The translations under genes and the position numbers were made by a program. From Marinilabiliales bacterium (GTDB lineage: Bacteria; Bacteroidota; Bacteroidia; Bacteroidales; PUMT01): a DNA stretch of 64,000 nucleotides. The notes below the pieces were generated by a model. That model searched no databases and had not been told where the DNA came from. It saw only the letters and a program-made list of their open reading frames with translations. The DNA lies in NCBI GenBank assembly GCA_007695015.1, contig REEN01000027.1:4994-68993 (forward strand). The letters run 5' to 3'. Positions 49,517 to 58,839 of this stretch are shown one piece after another. Each line of letters opens with the position of its first letter. Within the stretch, counting starts at the first letter, position 1.

Positions 49517-50590
49517 TTATTTAACTTTTATTTCCTCAAACTCCCTCATCACATCGATAAGCGCCTGTACGCTTTCGACCGGCAGCGCATTGTAGATCGA
49601 GGCCCTGAATCCCCCGACCGACCTGTGTCCCTTGACGCCTACCATGCCTTTTTCCTGTGCGAAGGCAAGAAAATCAGCCTCAAGATCCTTGTATTCTTCC
49701 TTCATCACAAAACAGACATTCATGATCGACCGTGAACTCTTCTCTGCAGTTCCCATGAATATCCTGCTGTTATCAATGGCATCGTAAAGCAATCCGGCCT
49801 TACCGGTATTGATTTCCTGCATCCTGGAAACTCCGCCCAACTTCTTTAGCCACTTGAGTGTTTCCCTCACGGTGAATATCGGAAGACAGGGAGGGGTATT
49901 GAACATTGATCCGTTCTCAATATGTATCCTGTAATCCAGCATGGAGGGGATGTTGCGTTCAACCTTGCCGAGGATATCCTTCCTGATAACAACGAACGAT
50001 ACTCCGGCCGGACCGAGGTTCTTTTGTGCCCCGCCATAAATGATGCCGTACCTGGATACATCAACCGGCCGGCTGAATATGTCAGAGGACATATCGGCCA
50101 CAAGCGGGACCGGACTGTCAATATCTTCATGTATCCCGGTGCCGAAAATGGTGTTGTTGGTGGTTATATGGAAATAGTCGGCATCTCCGGGTATTTCATA
50201 TGATTCGGGAATATAGCTGAAGTTTTTGTCCGCCGAACTTGCTACCACCTCAACCGGACCGATATAGCGGGCCTCCTTTATTGCCTTTTTCGCCCATGAT
50301 CCGGTCTCCAGGTAAGCTGCTTTTTTATTTAAGATATTGTAGGGAACCATACAGAACTGCATGCTTGCCCCTCCCCCGAGAAACAGGACTTCATAGCCGT
50401 CGGGAACTCCAAGGACTTCTTTAAACAGTGCAACAGCCTCATCCATAACAGCCTGGAAATCTTTGCCCCTGTGAGATATTTCCATGACTGACAGACCAAT
50501 TCCATTCAGATCGAGCACCGCTTCCGCTGTGCTTTCAATTACTTCGCGGGCCAGGATTGATGGCCCGGCGCTAAAATTATGCTTCTTCAT
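49517..50590 (-). CDS. serC: Phosphoserine aminotransferase
   Basis: [12 protein letters not shown]-terminus and PLP-Lys context [11 protein letters not shown]. 357 aa. Confidence 0.95.
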   Translation of the reverse strand: MKKHNFSAGPSILAREVIESTAEAVLDLNGIGLSVMEISHRGKDFQAVMDEAVALFKEVLGVPDGYEVLFLGGGASMQFCMVPYNILNKKAAYLETGSWAKKAIKEARYIGPVEVVASSADKNFSYIPESYEIPGDADYFHITTNNTIFGTGIHEDIDSPVPLVADMSSDIFSRPVDVSRYGIIYGGAQKNLGPAGVSFVVIRKDILGKVERNIPSMLDYRIHIENGSMFNTPPCLPIFTVRETLKWLKKLGGVSRMQEINTGKAGLLYDAIDNSRIFMGTAEKSSRSIMNVCFVMKEEYKDLEADFLAFAQEKGMVGVKGHRSVGGFRASIYNALPVESVQALIDVMREFEEIKVK

Positions 50591-50708
50591 CGGCAGAGTG
50601 TTTTAAATGGTTATTCTTTTACGGATACGCAAATTGCAAATTATTTATCAGAATAGGTAAGACAAATGCAAGTTTTTATTAGTTATTATCAACATCCGGC
50701 AACCGGAT

Positions 50709-51443
50709 TCAGTAATCGGTATGGCTGACGAGCATGTCGCCTTTGAGAACGGGGATGACATCTGTGCTGTCGGGAGTAAAACAGTACTCCAGCACATCAT
50801 CAAGTCCCAGTTTTTTTAACCTGTGACGGTGCGCTGCCTTCTCCATATATCCAACCAGGTCTGCCTGTGCCGTCAGCCATAAATCACGTGCAGCAACTGC
50901 TGCATCGCATTTTGTGGCAAAGTTGCCCGACCCGGTCAGCTTATCTGCCAGGGCACCTGCGAATACAGTGTCCTCCAGGTTAAACCGGTTCTTCCACCCG
51001 GCACAGAGGATAACTACATCACGTCCTGCTTCCAGGAGCCAGCCGGCAAGTGCGGAGAGATTTACAAATGCCCCTACAGCCACTTGCTTCGCACCTGAAG
51101 CCATCATGATGGCCTGTGTACCATTGGTAGTACTGTATACTATGGTCCTCCCCCTGACCCTGTCCGGCTTGAAATTAAAAGGCGAATTGCCGAAATCGGC
51201 AAAATCCAGAACAATGCCGTCCCTCTCGGCAGCAACAAGATAGCCCTTTGCTTTCCATTCGCGGGCCTCATCAATTCCGCCAACAGGTATGAGGTTTTTG
51301 ACCCCATTATCAAACGCCGCACAGATGGCTGTGGTTGCCCTGAGAATATCAGATACCACAACTATGGCATCGTCATTACGATAGTAATCGTAGAGCGCCG
51401 GAGAATAGCACACCTCAATGTATTTTTTTGCCTGTTTCTGCAT
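50709..51443 (-). CDS. comB: 2-phosphosulfolactate phosphatase family protein
   Basis: ComB-type motif VVSDILRATTAICAAFDNG. 244 aa. It starts 39 nt downstream of gcvT. Confidence 0.82.
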   Translation of the reverse strand: MQKQAKKYIEVCYSPALYDYYRNDDAIVVVSDILRATTAICAAFDNGVKNLIPVGGIDEAREWKAKGYLVAAERDGIVLDFADFGNSPFNFKPDRVRGRTIVYSTTNGTQAIMMASGAKQVAVGAFVNLSALAGWLLEAGRDVVILCAGWKNRFNLEDTVFAGALADKLTGSGNFATKCDAAVAARDLWLTAQADLVGYMEKAAHRHRLKKLGLDDVLEYCFTPDSTDVIPVLKGDMLVSHTDY

Positions 51444-51482
51444 TCTTTACAGTACCGGTTTATGGCCGGCCATTTATATAGA

Positions 51483-52604
51483 TCACTTGCCGGAGGCTCC
51501 TTTGTATATGGGAGGTTTTACTATCTCAGCGCGTATTGGTTTATTACGTATGATTATATCTATTGTCGCACCCTCTGCTGCATGATCGGGCGTGACATAA
51601 CCCATTCCCACCCCGGTTTGCATCATGGGCGACATGGTCCCGGATGTCACATTTCCGATAATAGTTCCGTCTTCACCGGCAATCTCATAACCCTTCCTGG
51701 GAATGCCTCTCTCCTTCATTATGAAAGCAACGAGCTTACGGGTCACGCCCTCTGTCTTCTGACGATACAGCCTCTCCCGGTCAATAAATTCGTTTCCCTC
51801 AACAAATCTTGTTATCCAGCCAAGGCCTGCTTCAATCGGAGAGGTAGTCTCATCAATATCATTCCCGTAAAGGCAATAGCCCATTTCCAGGCGCAGGGTA
51901 TCTCTAGCACCAAGTCCCGCAGGCTTGATACCAAAATTCCGGCCAGCACCATAAATGGCATTCCACAGGGCCGGGCCATCTTCATTTGCGACATATATTT
52001 CACATCCACCTGCACCTGTATACCCTGTCACTGAAAATATTGCATTACTAATCCCCGCTATATCGAGTTTTCTGAAAGAATAGAATTTCATTCCTCCAAC
52101 TGGTTCTCCCGTTAGCTCTTCCATTATTCTCATGGCCAATGGCCCCTGGACTGCAATAAGCGCTATTTCATCAGAGGCATCGTAAAGGTCCTTTCCAATC
52201 TCAAGTCCGTGTTCCCTGGCATGCAATGAGAGCCAGTCCCAGTCCTTCCGGATGTTGGATGCATTTACAACGAGCATATATGTTTCAGGATCGATCCTGT
52301 ATACAAGGAGGTCGTCGATTATGCCACCATTGCCATTGGGCAGGCAGGTATACTGAACCATACCGATGTCAAGCCTGTTGATGTCATTACTGGTTACATA
52401 CTGGAGAAATGCTGACGCACCCGGGCCTTTAACCCAGAATTCACCCATATGTGACACATCAAATATTCCGGCCTTTTCCCGGACTGCCCGGTGCTCATCA
52501 TTTATACCACTGTATTCAACCGGCATGAAGTACCCGGCAAAGGGTTGCATTTTCGCACCAAGCTTTACGTGCATATCGGTGAAAACAGTCTTCTTCATAT
52601 CCAT
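51483..52604 (-). CDS. gcvT: Glycine cleavage system aminomethyltransferase (T protein)
   Basis: HVKLGAKMQPFAGYFMPVEY and GIFDVSHMGEF motifs. 373 aa. Confidence 0.95.
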   Translation of the reverse strand: MDMKKTVFTDMHVKLGAKMQPFAGYFMPVEYSGINDEHRAVREKAGIFDVSHMGEFWVKGPGASAFLQYVTSNDINRLDIGMVQYTCLPNGNGGIIDDLLVYRIDPETYMLVVNASNIRKDWDWLSLHAREHGLEIGKDLYDASDEIALIAVQGPLAMRIMEELTGEPVGGMKFYSFRKLDIAGISNAIFSVTGYTGAGGCEIYVANEDGPALWNAIYGAGRNFGIKPAGLGARDTLRLEMGYCLYGNDIDETTSPIEAGLGWITRFVEGNEFIDRERLYRQKTEGVTRKLVAFIMKERGIPRKGYEIAGEDGTIIGNVTSGTMSPMMQTGVGMGYVTPDHAAEGATIDIIIRNKPIRAEIVKPPIYKGASGK

Positions 52605-52630
52605 TAAATTCTTTTCAAAGGTAAAAAAGG

Positions 52631-52638
52631 CAAATATA
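52631..52638 (-). promoter_or_regulatory. -7 promoter box TATATTTG upstream of gcvT
   Basis: Perfect TAnnTTTG on the minus strand, 27 nt upstream of ATG 52604. Confidence 0.35.
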
Positions 52639-52727
52639 AATAAGATAGCTGTGAATAAGGTACATGAAATTCACAAAAATCCATTACTTTTATAAACAGT
52701 AAAATTGTTTTAAAACCCTTGTGTTTT

Positions 52728-53078
52728 ATGGAATTTAAGCATATAAACCTTGATTACCTGAAGGAAATGTCAGGTGGTGACAGGAATATGATAAAGGAGA
52801 TGATTGATATCTACGCAAGTGAGATTCCTGGCTATCTGGAAAGGATGAACCGATATCTTGAGACAGGCGATGCGGAAGCACTTGGAAGACTTGCCCATAA
52901 AGCAAAAGCTTCGGCCCAGATAATGGGTGCAAAAAAGATTGCAGAAGACCTCAGGGAGCTGGAAAATATTGCCAGTGAGGGACGAAACAAGGATCTTTAC
53001 GCCGGTATTGTTGAAAGCATCACCAGGCAGTTCACACTTTCCATAGATGAACTAAAGAAAGTCGCCGAAACGTTATAA
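52728..53078 (+). CDS. Stand-alone Hpt (histidine phosphotransfer) domain protein
   Basis: 116 aa from ATG 52728. Hpt signature around the phospho-His: LAHKAKASAQIMGAKKI (H-x-x-K-[GA]-x-x-x-x-x-G). Confidence 0.75.
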   Translation: MEFKHINLDYLKEMSGGDRNMIKEMIDIYASEIPGYLERMNRYLETGDAEALGRLAHKAKASAQIMGAKKIAEDLRELENIASEGRNKDLYAGIVESITRQFTLSIDELKKVAETL

Positions 53079-53163
53079 ACCCCTATATACTATATTTCTC
53101 AGGATATAATTCAGCAGGGTGCTCAGGATAAATGGCCGTTAAAACACTTTTTAATCAGACATT

Positions 53164-53511
53164 ATGCTTAAACCTGAGTTAACAGGCGGGGTAATTGTTT
53201 ACTCCTTTGAGCCGGAAGGAAAGCTCAATGCCGAAATCGCAGAAAATGTCAGGACCGAACTTAGCGCCCGTTTTGATGAACCGGGAACATTGATGATACT
53301 TGACCTTGGCAACATATCATATGTTGACAGCCTGGGCTTCAGTTCCCTTCTCTCAGTTATGAGAAAGGCGCGCAGCAGTTCGGGTGTATTCAGGCTCTGT
53401 AACATCAAACCCGATGTCATGAGAATATTCAGGTTGCTCCGGCTTCAGAATGTTTTTTATATCTGCGACACCCGTGATGAATGCCTGAAAAGCTTTGAAC
53501 AGTCACAATAA
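53164..53511 (+). CDS. STAS-domain anti-sigma-factor antagonist (SpoIIAA/RsbV-like)
   Basis: 115 aa. LDLGNISYVDSLGFSSLL matches the SpoIIAA LDL..V.FMDSSGLG..L block, including the phosphorylatable Ser. Confidence 0.8.
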   Translation: MLKPELTGGVIVYSFEPEGKLNAEIAENVRTELSARFDEPGTLMILDLGNISYVDSLGFSSLLSVMRKARSSSGVFRLCNIKPDVMRIFRLLRLQNVFYICDTRDECLKSFEQSQ

Positions 53512-53543
53512 CCCCTTATTTATTTTGCATGTCGGCAACAGGG

Positions 53544-56144
53544 TTACCTGTCGCCGCTGTTCATGAAAAGCAGTTTATCCTCCTCAGCATCGATTATAAG
53601 CTTCTGGTCCCTGTCAATTTTCCCTGCAACTATCTGCCGTGACAATTCATTGAGTATCTGTTTCTGCATCACCCTTCTGACAGGCCTTGCCCCATACTGG
53701 GGATCATAACCGAGCCGGGTAAGAAGATCAACAGCCCTTTCTGTAATTTCAGCTTCCACATTGTTTGTCCGCAGCATATTTTTTACGTTTTCGAACTGAA
53801 GCTGCACTATCTGTCGGACCTCATCCTGCGAAAGTTGCTTAAACATGATTATATCGTCAACGCGGTTCAGGAACTCGGGCCTTATAGTCCGCCGCAACAG
53901 CGCAAACACCTCTTTCCTTGTTTTCTCGAACATCTCCTCCCTGTCCATGCCATTCAGTTTGTCGTAATTGGCCTGAATGATCTCCGATCCGGCATTTGAG
54001 GTCATTATTATTATGGTGTTCCTGAAATTAACCACTCTGCCCTTATTATCTGTCAGCCTTCCATCATCAAGCACCTGGAGAAGAATATTGAACACATCAG
54101 GGTGCGCCTTTTCGATCTCATCGAGCAGCACTACCGAATAAGGCTTTCTCCTGACTGCTTCCGTCAGCTGTCCCCCCTCATCATAACCTACATATCCTGG
54201 TGGTGCGCCGATGAGCCTTGATACGGAATGTCTCTCCTGGTATTCAGACATATCTATCCGGGTCATCAGGTTCTCATCATCAAAAAGAAATTCGGCCAAC
54301 GCTCTTGCCAGCTCCGTTTTACCCACGCCCGTAGACCCAAGGAATATAAACGAACCTACTGGTCTTTTTGAATCCTGTAACCCTGCCCTGCTTCTCCTGA
54401 CAGCATCGGAAACTGCCTGAATAGCCTCATCCTGACCCACAACACGCTTGTGAAGCTCTGTTTCGAGTGAGAGCAGTTTTTCCCTTTCACTTTGCAACAT
54501 ACGGCTGACCGGTATGCCGGTCCATCTTGCCACTATCTCGGCTATATCCTCCGAATCAACCTCCTCCCTGATCAGGGCATCCTCCCCCTGCAATTTCCTC
54601 AGTTCGCTGTTCAGCTCAGCAATATTTTCCTCAGCTTCCTTGATCCGGCCATATCTCAGCTCGGCCACTTTTCCGTAATCGCCCTGTCTTTCAGCCTGGA
54701 CCGCTTCCAGTTTCATATTCTCTATGGCTTCCTTGTATTTCTGGATCCCGCTTATCAGCTTTCGTTCATTCTCCCATGCCGCCCTGAGTCGATTTCTCTC
54801 TTCACTCAGATTGGCGAGCGTAGCAGAAAGCTCCGATGCTTTGGCCTTGTTCCCCTCACGCTTGATTGCTTCCTTTTCAATCTCAACCTGTTTTATACTT
54901 CTCTCGATCTCATCTATATTTTCAGGTACTGAATTCATCTCAAGCCGCAGTTTTGATGCAGCTTCATCAATCAGGTCTATTGCCTTATCGGGCAGGAACC
55001 TTTCGGTTATATACCTGTGCGAGAGCTCCACGGCCGAAATAATTGCATCATCCCTGATCCTGACCTTGTGGTGCGCCTCATATCTCTCCTTAAGCCCCCT
55101 CAAAATAGAAATTGCACTGATAACATCCGGTTCATCTACAATAACTAACTGAAACCTTCTTTCAAGTGCCTTATCCTTTTCAAAATACTTCTGGTACTCA
55201 TTCAAAGTGGTGGCACCAATCGCCCGGAGTTCACCTCGCGCGAGTGCAGGTTTGAGGATATTCGCCGCATCCATTGCACCCTCGCTCTTCCCGGCACCTA
55301 CAAGGGTATGGATCTCATCAATGAACATGACAATTTCACCCGCCGCTGCAACAACTTCCTTAACCACTGACTTAAGCCGCTCTTCAAACTCTCCCTTGTA
55401 TTTTGCTCCAGCTATCAGGGCTCCCATGTCAAGTGAGTAGACCTGCTTGGTTTTCAGGTTGTCGGGCACATCACCATCCACGATCCTGTGGGCAAGTCCT
55501 TCTGCAATTGCTGTTTTACCTACACCTGGTTCACCTATAAGGATTGGATTGTTTTTGGTCCGCCTGGACAATATCTGCAATATTCGCCTAATCTCATCAT
55601 CCCTTCCAATAACAGGGTCGAGTCTGCCGGCACGTGCCATCTCATTAAGATTAATAGCAAAACGGTTAAGAGCGTTGAAGCTGTTTTCGGCGGACTGGCT
55701 GGTGGCTTTGGCACCCTTTCTGAGTTCATCGATGGCCTTCTTAAGATCAGCTGCAGTTATTCCGCTGTCCTTCATCAGCTGAGAAACCTGGTCGCCGGTC
55801 ATAAATAACCCCATAAGCAAATGCTCAATCGAAACATATTCATCACCGGCATCCCGGGACCCGGCCATTGCTTTCTGCAAAGCAGAAGATGCTCCGGAAG
55901 ACAGGTACTGATCACCGCCTGAAACTTTAGGATAAGATTCAATGATGCTGTCTACTACCCTCGCAAAATTTGCCGTATTTACGTTTAGTTTCTTGAGTAT
56001 GAATCCGGTTACATGCTCATCTGCATTTAACAGGGCCTTCATTATATGCCCCGTCTCAACCGCCTGATGACTGTACCCGGCAGCAATAGAGAATGCCTGC
56101 TGAAGGGCTTCCTGCGATTTTATCGTGAATTTGTTCAAGTCCAT
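53544..56144 (-). CDS. clpB: ATP-dependent chaperone/disaggregase ClpB
   Basis: Clp N-domain, two AAA+ modules (Walker A GEPGVGKT and GSTGVGKT) and a long coiled-coil M-domain between them. 866 aa. Confidence 0.98.
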   Translation of the reverse strand: MDLNKFTIKSQEALQQAFSIAAGYSHQAVETGHIMKALLNADEHVTGFILKKLNVNTANFARVVDSIIESYPKVSGGDQYLSSGASSALQKAMAGSRDAGDEYVSIEHLLMGLFMTGDQVSQLMKDSGITAADLKKAIDELRKGAKATSQSAENSFNALNRFAINLNEMARAGRLDPVIGRDDEIRRILQILSRRTKNNPILIGEPGVGKTAIAEGLAHRIVDGDVPDNLKTKQVYSLDMGALIAGAKYKGEFEERLKSVVKEVVAAAGEIVMFIDEIHTLVGAGKSEGAMDAANILKPALARGELRAIGATTLNEYQKYFEKDKALERRFQLVIVDEPDVISAISILRGLKERYEAHHKVRIRDDAIISAVELSHRYITERFLPDKAIDLIDEAASKLRLEMNSVPENIDEIERSIKQVEIEKEAIKREGNKAKASELSATLANLSEERNRLRAAWENERKLISGIQKYKEAIENMKLEAVQAERQGDYGKVAELRYGRIKEAEENIAELNSELRKLQGEDALIREEVDSEDIAEIVARWTGIPVSRMLQSEREKLLSLETELHKRVVGQDEAIQAVSDAVRRSRAGLQDSKRPVGSFIFLGSTGVGKTELARALAEFLFDDENLMTRIDMSEYQERHSVSRLIGAPPGYVGYDEGGQLTEAVRRKPYSVVLLDEIEKAHPDVFNILLQVLDDGRLTDNKGRVVNFRNTIIIMTSNAGSEIIQANYDKLNGMDREEMFEKTRKEVFALLRRTIRPEFLNRVDDIIMFKQLSQDEVRQIVQLQFENVKNMLRTNNVEAEITERAVDLLTRLGYDPQYGARPVRRVMQKQILNELSRQIVAGKIDRDQKLIIDAEEDKLLFMNSGDR

Positions 56145-56370
56145 ATCTGCTCCGGTAATTTGATAATATTTGTACTTTATTAACCTGCTTTATGGTCCAT
56201 CAAAATCATTGCCGGTCTATAAAACAGATCAACATCATGTCATTATGACGCCCTGCGCCCCTCCTGCTATGTCAATATGTCACCTTTAGGTGCGTATTTG
56301 AAGCGGGGTGAAACCCGGTGATCCTGCCCGGACAGTATATTCCTGTTAAACAATCAGTCGTTCTGCCCTG

Positions 56371-56410
56371 GCCAGATCAGATCAGGTCAGATCGGATCAG
56401 GTCAGGTCAG
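56371..56410. repeat. Imperfect pentanucleotide microsatellite (RTCAG)n, 8 units
   Basis: GCCAG ATCAG ATCAG GTCAG ATCGG ATCAG GTCAG GTCAG, ending 2 nt before the MATE stop codon. It is intergenic. Confidence 0.85.
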
Positions 56411-56412
56411 GC

Positions 56413-57750
56413 CTAAAGCTGGAGAGGGTTTTCACGCCATCTGCCATAGCGAAGATAGATCCACGACAGGACAAATATCAGCCCGGCATAAATAAACTCA
56501 ACGGTCCAGACCACTGCAACAGGGAACCTGAATACATTTGAGAAGGCATAAGCTGCAACCAGGTATACCCCTATAACAGCCATTTCGATAACCAGGGCCA
56601 CCCTCGTCCGGCCCGTACCTGAAACAGCATTGACAAATACCATGGCAAATGCAAAACAGATCACTGTTCCGCATACAACGTAAAGAGCAGGGAGGGAGTT
56701 GGCTATAAGAATCTGATCATCTGTATAGATACTGAGGATACTTTCAGGCAGCAATACGATTACCACAACAAACAGCAAGACCATCATGAAACAAAGTCCG
56801 GATATACGGAAGACCAGACGCAGTACCTCATCCTCCTGCCCCCGGCCGATCAGAAAACTCACCATGGTATTTGATGCAGCAGAGAAACCCCATATTGGTA
56901 TCATAAGTATGACATAAACACTTCTGATAATGTTTGAGACCGCCAGTTCGGTTTCCCCCATCTTCTCGACAAAAACAAAAAACGCAAACCAGACTGCAAG
57001 AGAAATGACATTCTGGACCATTACCGGAAATGAGATTCCGGTAAGCCGCAGCCACAGGTGCCTGTTAAACCCCTTGAAGCTAAATAGTCCGTACCTTCGG
57101 GTGTCTGAAAAAGCAACCGTATATATGATCATGAAACCTAAAACCGACACCTCTGAAAGCACAGATGCCAGTGCTGCCCCTTTTATGCCCATTGCCGGGA
57201 AGCCCATGTTCCCGAAGATCAGCAACCAGTCCAGAATAATGTTTACAACTGCCATAAAGGTAGTTGACCAGGTGATCACACGGGTTCGTGCGGTACCAAT
57301 AAAAAACGCATTGAGCCCCATGTTTATGAAAGCAAAAAAGATCCCCCATGAACGAATCTGGACATAATCTTCAGTCAACACCTGGATCCTGGGCGAAATG
57401 ATGATAGCCGAAAAAAAGGAGGGTGCCAGAGACTTTATCAGACCAAAAACAAGAACTGACAGAATAAAAAGTGTGACTATGGAGTGCTCAACAACAATCC
57501 CCGTGCGGCTTTCCCTGTGCTCTCCCGCCCTTCTGGCTATCATGATCTGGGTACCAAGACCCAGACCATATCCGAACATTATGATAACAAGATAAAATAC
57601 GCCACCTATTGCAGCAGCACCCAGTTCTGCTTCACCAAGCCGTCCAAGGAATGCAGTATCAATGACATTTATGAAATTCTGCGCGACACTTCCGAGGATA
57701 ATCGGATAGGCTATATTCCAGATCTTCCTGTTTGAGATCAGTTCAGCCAA
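56413..57750 (-). CDS. MATE-family efflux transporter
   Basis: 12-TM profile with a MATE N-terminus (IWNIAYPIILGSVAQNFINVIDTAFLGRLG). The first codon of the ORF is TTG and there is no nearby in-frame ATG, so the exact start is uncertain. Confidence 0.88.
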   Translation of the reverse strand: MAELISNRKIWNIAYPIILGSVAQNFINVIDTAFLGRLGEAELGAAAIGGVFYLVIIMFGYGLGLGTQIMIARRAGEHRESRTGIVVEHSIVTLFILSVLVFGLIKSLAPSFFSAIIISPRIQVLTEDYVQIRSWGIFFAFINMGLNAFFIGTARTRVITWSTTFMAVVNIILDWLLIFGNMGFPAMGIKGAALASVLSEVSVLGFMIIYTVAFSDTRRYGLFSFKGFNRHLWLRLTGISFPVMVQNVISLAVWFAFFVFVEKMGETELAVSNIIRSVYVILMIPIWGFSAASNTMVSFLIGRGQEDEVLRLVFRISGLCFMMVLLFVVVIVLLPESILSIYTDDQILIANSLPALYVVCGTVICFAFAMVFVNAVSGTGRTRVALVIEMAVIGVYLVAAYAFSNVFRFPVAVVWTVEFIYAGLIFVLSWIYLRYGRWRENPLQL

Positions 57751-57763
57751 CGCCTTTCACGAG

Positions 57764-58627
57764 TTATCTGAATCCCTTTTCAACCCTGTCATAAAACTCA
57801 TTCTGAAGCTCAAGGGTTTTTTCATCATTTTTTATAACCCTCAGATTTCTTACAATGGTTTCAACCTGGTGATCTGTAATGAGCTTACCCAGCTCATAGG
57901 ATCCGGCAGACCCTTCCCCGGCGTAATGATTTGGATAGCTGGCATACCACCATATCCCTGTATACAGGTCAGGCAGGTTCAGTCTTGCCTGGTTCTTACC
58001 CGATTCATCATCAGCACGTTCCTGCAGCACAAGATCAGGACGAAGGTAGAGAAGCGTTGAAGTCTCACGCTCCCCTGCATGTCCGTCATATGAGGGGTCT
58101 GATTTGCGCATCTGCCTTATCTTTTCATTGATTTCAGGATCAGCAGAGGGTGTGTGCAGGTAAACAGCAAAATCGCGTCTTTTTTCAAGCTGGGCCTGCA
58201 AAAAGTACCTTATAAAATTATTATTGCCTCCGTGACCGTTAAGTATCAGGATCCTCTTAAACCCGTTCCGGGCTATCTCGTCGACCGTTGCCTGGAGAAG
58301 CGACCACATAAGATCGCTTGGAATGGTGAATGTTCCGGGCTGATGCATGGCCTCATAGACCTGTCCGTAAATGAACTCGGGGAATACGACGGCATATTCG
58401 ATATTTGCAGCACGTTCGGCCCATTCACGAGCGTGAATTATGTCAGAGCCCATAGGTGCATGCGGACCGTGCTTCTCGAGTACTCCCATCGGCAGGATAC
58501 ATGTATACCCTGATTTTTTAAGAGCTTCATCCCAGTCACTGGTAACAAGCTCCTCCCATTTTACAGGCAGGTTCTGGGCTCCTGCTGAAAATACAGCCAG
58601 AAGCAGTAAAAACGCTGATAGTCTCAT
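57764..58627 (-). CDS. Creatininase-family amidohydrolase with N-terminal signal peptide
   Basis: Signal peptide MRLSAFLLLLAVFSAGAQN. Creatininase-type metal motif GVLEKHGPHAPMGSD and LNGHGGN. Confidence 0.82.
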   Translation of the reverse strand: MRLSAFLLLLAVFSAGAQNLPVKWEELVTSDWDEALKKSGYTCILPMGVLEKHGPHAPMGSDIIHAREWAERAANIEYAVVFPEFIYGQVYEAMHQPGTFTIPSDLMWSLLQATVDEIARNGFKRILILNGHGGNNNFIRYFLQAQLEKRRDFAVYLHTPSADPEINEKIRQMRKSDPSYDGHAGERETSTLLYLRPDLVLQERADDESGKNQARLNLPDLYTGIWWYASYPNHYAGEGSAGSYELGKLITDHQVETIVRNLRVIKNDEKTLELQNEFYDRVEKGFR

Positions 58628-58839
58628 GATAAAAGAATTTGGTTAGTATTAAACTTCGCTGGAACCTGCAATATAATAATTGGACAGGGATCATCCAAGA
58701 GGTATGCAACAACAATTAAACTGTACTGAGAATAACTGCATTATTCACAGGCACGTTGGATTTAAAGAATTTATTATCTATTTTTATTGCCATATGGCAG
58801 AATATTGAATAAACCAATAATCCACCTCCATCCTCAATT

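Noticed and set aside
56237-56282. Three copies of ATGTCA and the inverted repeat GTCAT-T-ATGAC upstream of clpB, considered as a possible heat-shock operator.
   Set aside because: The hexamers are short and irregularly spaced. There is no CIRCE-like TTAGCACTC-N9-GAGTGCTAA element. The evidence is not sufficient without conservation data.
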